This document shows, piece by piece, positions 1 through 6,965 of a DNA stretch of 10,844 nucleotides (positions within the stretch are counted from its first letter, which is position 1; the number at the start of each line of letters is the position of its first letter). The notes under the pieces were generated by a model that had not been told where the DNA came from, ran no database searches, and saw only the letters and a list, made by a program, of their open reading frames with translations. The stretch is taken from assembly GCF_006345805.1 (NCBI RefSeq), contig NW_021827302.1, positions 1 through 10,844 on the forward strand, written 5' to 3'. The DNA comes from Octopus sinensis. Its lineage: Eukaryota. A program made the translations under genes and the position numbers.

Positions 1-180
1 TATACGTATGAATGCATTAAAATATGTATGTATATGTGTATATGTATATATTATATATGTTTATGTATGTGTGTGTGTGTATATATACGTATATATATGT
101 ATATCTAAACATATGTATATTTGTATGTGTATGATTGTATGTATGTATGTATGTATGTATGTATGTATGTATGTATGTAT
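1..180. repeat. Compound microsatellite (TA)n/(TG)n/(TATG)n
   Basis: Directly visible; a run of tandem GTAT units lies at about 136-180. ORFs 8..301 and 17..232 are artefacts of this repeat. Confidence 0.95.
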
Positions 181-517
181 TTATGTTGAATGCGGACCCG
201 CAGAAATACGTATGTTTAGTGTCCGGGGGCATAGTATAACTACTTGGAGTGACCCCCTAACCGTAGTCAGAACATCCTTCTTGGAGAGGGACACTATATA
301 GTAAAACCTGCGGTCTGGCATGAAAACTGGTCCGTTCACTTTGGCTTGTCACTAGGTTCTTACCACGGATACTCTGAGAGTCGGACTTTTGTTAAATAAG
401 TGTTTATCACTAGAGTCCAATCTCTCTAGGGTAACACTTTTCTATATTTTTGAGATGAGGAATTATGTACATTATTTACAATGGACCGATAGGTGTCCTC
501 ACCTTCTTTCTTGTTAC

Positions 518-559
518 CACAACGTTTCGGCTGATGTCCTCTCCAGCCTTCATCAGGTG
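518..559 (-). ncRNA. Minimal type-I hammerhead ribozyme motif (PLE type), core intact
   Basis: Minus strand reads CAC-CTGATGA-A-GGCTG-gagaggacat-CAGCC-GAA-ACGT-T-GTG. Stem I is CAC/GTG, stem II is GGCTG/CAGCC, and the core CUGAUGA...GAAA is complete. Stem III is the palindrome ACGU and the cleavage triplet is GUU (predicted cut between 521 and 520). Confidence 0.8.
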
Positions 560-762
560 TCCTAGTGTAATTTCGAACCCAGCCCTTTATTTGACTAATG
601 GGGTACACTGTTCTCATTCCTAACCCTCGGATTCGTAGCTCAATCCCAGGCAGGGACTTGAAAATAGTATCAGCAGTAAAATAACATCAGCAACATACCT
701 TAAGAATGAGAATGGAATACCTCATTAGTCAAATAAAGGGTTGGGTTCAAACCCCACCAGAA

Positions 763-804
763 GACGTGATGAAAGCTGCAGAGTACATCAGCCGAAACGA
801 TGTG
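763..804 (+). ncRNA. Decayed hammerhead copy (probably inactive)
   Basis: GAC-GTGATGA-A-AGCTG-cagagtacat-CAGCC-GAA-ACGA-T-GTG. It is homologous to 518-559 but has C3>G, U16.1>A and an A-C mismatch at the base of stem II. Confidence 0.65.
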
Positions 805-1136
805 ATGAAAATAAACAAGATGAGGGCACCTGTCCTTCCGTTGTAAATAATGTCTCTTAGGGTAATCACATTTGTTATTCCATCAACTGAAAGGTTTATG
901 GACACAGATGAGTGACGTTGTGTGCACATCTATCCACTTGGAAGCACACAGTAAATTACAACTTTCGTCTGTCTGTTACCTATGTTTCAAACCATGCAGA
1001 TCAGCAACGAGAGTGAATATTCGTCAGAGAGGTCACAGATGGAAAATCAGAAATTACATTGACAACTAAGAAGCACAAGTTGAGGGCGACCATCTGTGAA
1101 GATGGAGAAATTACCATGTATGTATACGTATGCACG

Positions 1137-1322
1137 CAAGGGCGTAGCTAGGGCAAATGGCACCCAGTGCAAACATAAAAATTGCGCCTCCCACCCCAAC
1201 CGAAAAGTGGAACGACGCATAGAAACGGCATAATTAGAAAATGATCTTGGCTAAAATTGTTCCCCACTCAAAGTGGCGCCCAGGGCATGTGTGCTGCTTG
1301 CCCCATCCTAGTTATACCCCTG
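1137..1322. mobile_element. Non-autonomous hAT-like MITE (186 bp)
   Basis: TIRs CAAGGGCGTAGCTAGG (1137-1152) and CCTAGTTATACCCCTG (1307-1322) match 12/16, all mismatches being transitions. The 8-bp TSD is TATGCACG (1129-1136) / TAAGCACG (1323-1330), 7/8 identical; 8-bp TSDs are the hAT hallmark. Confidence 0.75.
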
Positions 1323-1330
1323 TAAGCACG

Positions 1331-1460
1331 TTTGTATGTGTGTGTAATGTATGTATGTGTACCTGAATGTGTATGAATGTAAAAACATGTATATGCATGT
1401 ATGTGCATGGATGTATGAAAGTATGTGTGTAAGTGTTTGTATGTGTGTGTGTATATGAAC
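1331..1460. repeat. Degenerate (TG)n/(TATG)n low-complexity tract
   Basis: Directly visible. Confidence 0.85.
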
Positions 1461-1468
1461 ATGTAATT

Positions 1469-1787
1469 GACACGCCATCAATTACGTTCATGACGATTCC
1501 AGTTGATCTGATCGACGGGAAAGTTTGCTCATGAGATCAACGTTTAAGTGGCTGAGCACCCCGCAGACACGCGTACCCTTAACCTAGTTCTCAGTGAGAT
1601 TCAGCATGAAACAAACAGTGACGAGTCTGGTCCCTTTGAAACACTGTTGCAACACATTTTTGCCAGCTGAATGAAATGTAGAAAAAGGAAAAGAAATAAT
1701 TTTTTTTGCCCAAGGAAGAAGGCGCGGCCGGGAATCGAACTCATGATCGCGAGCCGCATTCCTCACCACCAAACAACGCGCCTTCAC
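1469..1787 (-). mobile_element. tRNA-derived SINE (family A), near full length
   Basis: The minus-strand head GTGAAGGCGCG-TTGTTTGGTGG (decayed A box) is followed by B box GAGTTCGATTCCC (1730-1742) and then CCTTGGGCAA. The body (GTGGCTGAGCACCCCGCAGACACGCGTACCCTTAA on the + strand) matches an abundant cephalopod SINE from recall. A possible TSD is TATGAACAT at 1454-1462 and 1791-1799. Confidence 0.8.
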
Positions 1788-1867
1788 TTGTATGAACATA
1801 TGTATGTGCGTAAGCGCATGAATGTGTGAAAGCATGCCTGCGCATGCGTGTAAAGGCAAGCAGTTAA

Positions 1868-2087
1868 CCCTTTAACATTCGGATTACTCTGTCAAATGTA
1901 AAGCCTGTTTAATTACATTGTTTTAAATTAATTGTACAGCATCTTGTAACTCTGAGATTTTGATGATGTCCCTGTTTATTTTTAGAATGACTTTGTAGGG
2001 TAGGTGTGAGAGGTCAGAGCTGGCCGGTTTGAGCATAAAACAGGAAGACAATTTTGGCCTGATATGGCCGGTTTAAACACTAAAGCA
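1868..2087. mobile_element. piggyBac-like MITE, right end decayed
   Basis: The left end is TTAA|CCCTTTAACATT (TTAA at 1864-1867, CCC terminus). The right end TTTAAACACTAAAGCA|TTCAA is a decayed complement of the left. A subterminal TGGCCGGTTT motif occurs twice. Confidence 0.6.
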
Positions 2088-2489
2088 TTCAACACTTGTT
2101 TTATCGGAAACTGTCATTTAGCCGAGTGTGTGCTAAGAAAATGTTTTAAGCAATGTGGTAAATGATAGAATGAAAGAGAAAGTCGGTCTCAGATGCGACC
2201 AAGCAGAGCGGCTGAGAAGAAATATCTGCAGAGAGAACTTCTGAAGTTTCTGAATTAGCGATTAAGAAAATATTTTAAGGACAACTTAAGACAAGAATAT
2301 TGTTATCGTATTGATGAAAGAATTGGAGCTAGTAAAAATAAGCAGATATTTCGTATGCAAGATAGCTTTGAAATGGAGAGGGGGATCGGGTGAGAGAGAG
2401 AGAAGGAGAGACAAAGAAAAGAGGGAAGAGTGTGTATGTGTGTAAGTGGAAAAAGTATTATCTATCCCTGAATATTGATAAATGAAATT

Positions 2490-2618
2490 ATTTTTTATTT
2501 GAATACATATATATACATACATACATACATACATATATATATTATATATATATAAATATTTTATTTGAATACATATATATACATACATACATACATACAT
2601 ATACATATATATATATAT
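2490..2618 (+). repeat. Tandem duplication (66-bp period) of a TTATTTGAATACATAT-(TACA)n block
   Basis: TTTATTTGAATACATATATATACATACATACATACATACATATA occurs twice (G of GAATAC at 2501 and 2567). Confidence 0.85.
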
Positions 2619-4923
2619 GCAGTGGAGAAAACCCTACTCTCCGACCATGACATGGTTCTCTGTGATCTGAGATTTCACTGGCCAAAATGCAAAACAAATG
2701 TCATCCCTCCTGTTCATCCATTTGACACTATGGGTTTCCACAACGCAAACTGGGAAGCGATCAATAATGATCTTGCACAAGTCGATTGGTCCTTCACGCA
2801 CACATACACACCCACTAACATTAAAAAGTCCTGGCAGTCACTTGTAGACACCATCATGAACATATGTGCAAGACACACCCCATTAAGATCTGCAAACAAA
2901 TCTAAGTGTCGAATCCCTAGAAATAGAAAATCTCTCATAAGGAAAATTAAAAGAATCAACAAAAAGATCAACATGCTGAAATACTGTCAACAGCAACACA
3001 CCAACCTGACTGCCATCTCGTCGCTAGAGATTAAAAAACATAAACTCCAAAACAACATGATGTCTATCATCAATAGTCAGCGAAGAGCTGAAGAGGCCTG
3101 GGCCATTGAGAAGATCAAACTCAATCCCAAAGTGTTCTTTTCATTTGCAAAAAAACACAGAGTCACTGGTTCTACTGTTGGCCCTCTGATTGATGAAAAT
3201 GGTACTCTTCAAGACAATGCCAAAACCATGGGAGAGATATTGCAGAAACAATATTGCTCTGTTTTCAGCAATCCTGATATGACTGATCTGGGCTGTATCA
3301 GTGATGTTACGCCCCATACACTTATCGGACATAACATTTGGCGCTCCTGATGTCTTAGCAGCAATAAAGGAAATTAAGCATAATTCAGCAGTAGGTCCCG
3401 ATAGGTTCCCTGCTTGTGTCTTGAAGATGTGTCAAAACCAACTTGCACCCCCTCTAGCTAATCTATGGCGGAACTCACTGGATGCTGGATATATACCAGA
3501 GGACCTTCTATCCCAGTCTGTTGTCCCAGTTTTCAAAAAAGGAAACAAATCGCTTGCCGTGAATTACCGTCCAATCTCACTCACCTCTCATCTCATATCA
3601 TCAGGTATTTGAGAGGGTGCTGAGATCGCGTATGACTCACTTCCTTGAGAGTCATAATATGCTGAACCCCAACCAGCATTGATTCCGTAATGGAGAGATT
3701 GCCTGACGCAGCTACTGCATCATTTTGATGACATTTGAGAGCCTTGGGAGAAGGTTCCAACACTGATGTCATCTACCTTGATTTCAGCAAGGCCTTTGAC
3801 AGGGTTGATCATAAGATCCTTCTGAGAAAGCTGTCCAATATTGGTGTCACTGGAAAGTTGCTGCAGTGGATCAAGTGCTTCCTGTCTAACAGAACCCAAC
3901 ATGTTGTAGTCGAAGGAGTCAAATCCAGCCCAGCCAAAGTCAGCAGTGGTGTCCCACAAGGCACTGTGTTGGGCCCACTTCTCTTCATCATCTACATAAA
4001 TGATATTACTGATACCATCAAGCACAGTAACATCAGAACCTTCGCTGATGACTCCAAGCTCCAGAAGGTCATCAATGGCGTGGATGACCGAATAAACCTT
4101 CAGTCAGACCTACTGGCTGTTGTCCAATGGGCGGAAAAGAATAACATGTTGCTAAATGAAGACAAATTTGAACTGATCCACTTTGGAAGGGAGGACGCTC
4201 TGAAACTCCCATACTCTCTTCCTTCTGGAGAAATTCTCATGGCATCCAACAACATCAGAGACCTGGGAGTAACAGTGGACAACAACATAAGCTGGGCTAC
4301 ACATATAAGCAGCAAAGTTGACATGGCCCGCAGAATGTGTTCCTGGATTCTCAGAACCTTCCAGTCGAGAGATTCCCACGCTATTATCCTTCTCTTCTCC
4401 ACTTTTGCCGACCCCACCTTGAATACTACTGTCCACTGTGGTCTCCCTACACAAAACAAAATATTATGAGAATTGAAGCTCCCCAAGGTCAATCACAAAA
4501 AAGATAGATGGCATGTCAGACCTTGACTACTGGGGTAGACTAGAGAAGCTGAAATTGTATTCACTCCAACGACGCCGTGAACGCTACATTATCTGTATGA
4601 TGTGGAAAATATTCCACCAGCACTGTCCGAATGATGTTGGCATCACCTTCAAAATGCATCCAAGGCTTGGACCACGTGCCATCCGTCCACAACAAAAATC
4701 TAAATCGCATCACATAACGACAATACGGCACAACTATTTCACCTCAATTGGACCTGCTCTCTTCAACATTACACCAGAGCACGTCAAAAAAGAAATTGAC
4801 CACACAAAATTCAAGAGTCTTTGGACAAATTCATTCAAACAGTACCGGACAAACCACCCACCCCGATATGTCTCCGCAAACAATAACTCTCTGCTCGAAT
4901 GGGCCTTGGTGCCCAAATCCTGA
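2619..4923 (+). pseudogene. Disrupted LINE ORF2 (APE endonuclease remnant + reverse transcriptase)
   Basis: Motifs: SDH (2640-2648), ANWEAINNDL, SAVGPDRFP, VVPVFKKG..NYRPISLTS, YLDFSKAFDRVDH (from 3774), SGVPQGTVLGPLLF, FADD (4041-4052), PHLEY..PLWSP and LYSLQRRRER. Frameshifts occur near 3340, 3600, 3695, 3735, 4410 and 4490, and TGA replaces Gly in QHGFR (3680-3682). Confidence 0.9.
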
Positions 4924-5008
4924 ACTGAAAGACTTTACCAGGTGGTGCTATTAAGTTAGACATGGCCTGGGCCAATACTAGCCAAAACCTTTCTAAGTTA
5001 TTCTAAGT

Positions 5009-5010
<2 letters not shown>
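2619..5010 (+). mobile_element. 5'-truncated non-LTR retrotransposon (LINE), CR1 group
   Basis: Contains an ORF2 remnant with the APE C-terminus and a full RT domain. A short 3' UTR ends in the tandem tail TTCTAAGTTA x2 (4991-5010). Both flanks are (TA)n. Confidence 0.9.
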
Positions 5011-5046
<36 letters not shown>

Positions 5047-5057
5047 TCTATATATAT
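5011..5057. repeat. (TA)n microsatellite
   Basis: Directly visible. Confidence 0.95.
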
Positions 5058-5227
5058 ATTGTTGTATTCGGAATGGTTATTTTGCCAGTTTAGCCAATAA
5101 AACACACGCACTATATATTTGTTGTACTTTGCTTCAGTGTTATTTATTTTTTACATTAATCTTAATCTTATTTCGGCCAGAGTTCTTTCGTCACTGGCAA
5201 AATGTCCATTCCGAAATACAACAATAT
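5056..5227. mobile_element. Short element bounded by 34-35 bp inverted repeats (MITE-like or PLE terminal inversion)
   Basis: ATATTGTTGTATT-CGGAATGGTTATTTTGCCAGT (5056-5089) matches the reverse complement of 5193-5227 with 2 mismatches and 1 indel. Confidence 0.65.
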
Positions 5228-5303
5228 CTGTTTCAACACATTACTTCACATAAAAAATCTTGCAAAACAAATATATAAACGTACTATATATATATATATA
5301 TCA

Positions 5304-5438
5304 AATTATAATTTAGGGTATTTAAGAGATACTACAACGCTAGAAATAGCAGCCAAAACTTGACTCTAAAACCACATTAGATGTTTTGGCTGCTATTTCC
5401 AGCGCAGTGGTATCTCTTAGATACCCTAAATTATAATT
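5304..5438. repeat. Fold-back (hairpin) element, 56-bp arms and 23-nt loop
   Basis: 5304-5359 matches the reverse complement of 5383-5438 at 51/56 with no gaps. Confidence 0.85.
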
Positions 5439-5720
5439 GTAATAATAATTATTATCTTTGAAGGTTTTTATTCCCATACTGGTCACCTGATAAAATCGGT
5501 ATTTAAATATCGATCTTACCCATATTTATATAAATTTATATATATATATACATATTACACAGCAAAATTTGTGTGTGCGCGCGCCTATGTCTGTAGTGAG
5601 AATGATATTTAGAGAAACTTCAAATGAGACAACATGAAATTAATGCTTTACTAATCATGGTTACAATCACCGAAGTTAAGCCAGAGGAATAATGGCAACA
5701 TCTTCGAATCATTTATATCG

Positions 5721-5771
5721 TATATATATATATATCTATATATATATATATATAATATATATATATATATA
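5721..5771. repeat. (TA)n microsatellite
   Basis: Directly visible. Confidence 0.95.
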
Positions 5772-5932
5772 GTTAAAGTTAATCCAAACAAGAAAGCACA
5801 AAAACACAACAACGCGAGGACGTAGAACAAATATAGTATTATTGGACGGTCAGGAAAGAAGGAAAGAATGACGATTTAACTTTTCGAGCGGAGCTCTTCG
5901 TCGGAAACATAGGAGAAGGAAAGATCCAGAGA
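5772..5932 (-). mobile_element. Penelope-like element terminal (pseudo-LTR) fragment
   Basis: Carries a minimal hammerhead motif (5875-5907) in a pyrimidine-rich minus-strand context. It resembles a common octopus PLE-end repeat from recall; the boundaries are approximate. Confidence 0.55.
5875..5907 (-). ncRNA. Minimal hammerhead ribozyme motif (variant, partly decayed)
   Basis: Minus strand reads TTT-CCGACGA-A-GAGC-tcc-GCTC-GAA-AAGT-T-AAA. Stem I is TTT/AAA and stem II is GAGC/GCTC. Deviations are U4>C and ACGT>AAGT. Confidence 0.65.
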
Positions 5933-6068
5933 TCGGTACACACGAGGTCACATTTTGAAAGACCGGAAGGAAAATATATATATATATAGATGATCAATAC
6001 ACATATATATATACACATTCAACTTCCGATGAAAGTGAACAAGCAACGTTTGATTTAGAAGCATTGCG

Positions 6069-6246
6069 ATGTATTGAAAGATACAGAAAGTAATTTATTC
6101 TCAAACGCCTGATAATGCTTATACAATGACATGAACAGAATAAATCATCCACATATTGCAGAAAAATTCGTTAGCGGCCAGACATGAGACTCGAACTCAC
6201 ATCCCTGTGATTACACGTCAAGTGCTTTACCTTTAAGCTAAACTGC
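6069..6246 (-). mobile_element. tRNA-headed SINE-like element (head 6175-6246, AT-rich body 6069-6181)
   Basis: A tRNA-like head runs directly into a body that is repeated in inverted orientation at 6334-6423. Confidence 0.6.
6175..6246 (-). pseudogene. tRNA-Thr(UGU)-like sequence (pseudo-tRNA / SINE head)
   Basis: A box TAGCTTAAAGG; D stem GCTT/AAGC; anticodon loop CG-TGT-AA; T stem GTGAG/CTCAT with loop TTCGAGT. The acceptor and anticodon stems are imperfect and U33 is G, so it is unlikely to be a functional tRNA. Confidence 0.65.
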
Positions 6247-6421
6247 AATTTTAGGATTTATAAATTTAGCTTTATAAGACGCTAACGTTAAACTTCAACT
6301 TACAATGAAAGTAAACAAAGTTTGCTTTAGAAGCTGGGAGGTAATGAATTTTTCTGCAATATAGGGACAGTTTATCCTGTCCATGCGTTTGAGAAGAAAT
6401 CATTTTTTGTATCTTATAAAC

Positions 6422-6423
<2 letters not shown>

Positions 6424-6463
<40 letters not shown>

Positions 6464-6548
6464 CCACATATATATATATATACACAAATATAGACAAATG
6501 AAATTGAAATTACATGTATATGTGTATATATATATATATGTATATATA
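6424..6548. repeat. (TA)n-dominated microsatellite tract
   Basis: Directly visible. Confidence 0.9.
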
Positions 6549-6939
6549 CTCTTTTACTCGTTTCAGTCATTTGACTGTGGCCATGCTGCAGCACCGCCTT
6601 TAGTCGAACAAATCGTCCCCAGCACTTATTCGTTGTAAGCCTACTACTTATTCTATCGGTGTCCTTTGCTGAACCGCTAAGTTACGGGGACGTAAACTCA
6701 CCACCATCATTTGTCAAATGATTTTGGTGGAACAAACACAGACACACCAACATATATACACACATACATATATATATATATGCATATATACGACGGGCTT
6801 CTTTCAATTTCTGTCTACCAAATCAACTCACAAGGCTTTGGTCGGGCCGAGGCTATAGTAGAATACACTTGCCTAAGATGACACCCGAAACCATGTGGTT
6901 GGTAAGTAAGCTACTTACCACACAGACACTCCTACGCCT
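6549..6939 (-). mobile_element. tRNA-derived SINE (family C) with internal (TA/CA) microsatellite; B box missing
   Basis: The minus-strand head is AGGCGTAGGAGTGTCTGTGTGGTAAGTAGCTT (A-box-like), followed by CTTAGGCAAGTGT. The tail is ...GGCGGTGCTGCAGCATGGCCACAGTCAAATGACTGAAACGAGTAAAAGAG. It matches a very abundant octopus SINE from recall. Confidence 0.8.
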
Positions 6940-6965
6940 TATATATACATACATACATATATATA

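Larger units (their letters stand above)
438..853. mobile_element. Palindromic retro-element unit: inverted body (469-623), partial tRNA-like head (about 621-660), forward body (700-853); putative PLE-related SINE
   Basis: 469-623 aligns to the reverse complement of 700-853 with about 30 differences over about 155 nt (roughly 80%). Each arm holds a hammerhead motif. The spacer has a B-box-like GCTCAATCCC (638-647). Similar direct repeats lie outside the unit (423-437 and 853-869). Confidence 0.7.

Noticed and set aside
8-301. ORFs over microsatellites (also 1268..1462, 2286..2606, 6272..6594, 7049..7574, 9180..9539, 9677..10093, 10350..10803)
   Set aside because: The translations are YI/CV/HT/LSIY/poly-I/poly-Y repeats produced by stop-free simple repeats and have no protein-like content.
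376-426. Hairpin GAGAGTCGGACT / AGTCCAATCTCTC followed by CTAG, as a possible Helitron 3' end
   Set aside because: The stem is imperfect, CTAG is followed by G rather than T, and no 5' TC end can be assigned.
872-1110. ORF 872..1069 and non-repetitive sequence as a possible host exon
   Set aside because: No recognisable domain and no convincing splice-site pair; it cannot be excluded without RNA-seq.
2160-2270. Purine-rich stretch with short open frames
   Set aside because: Fewer than 30 codons, with no motif or splice support.
2714-4916. Minus-strand ORFs overlapping the LINE (2714..2974, 3720..4025, 4100..4492, 4734..4916 and others)
   Set aside because: They are antisense shadows of the ORF2 reading frame.
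6026-6050. CCGATGA-A-...AACGTT as another hammerhead
   Set aside because: There is no stem II, no GAAA and no stem I pairing, and the motif is not kept in the direct-repeat copy at 6294-6334.
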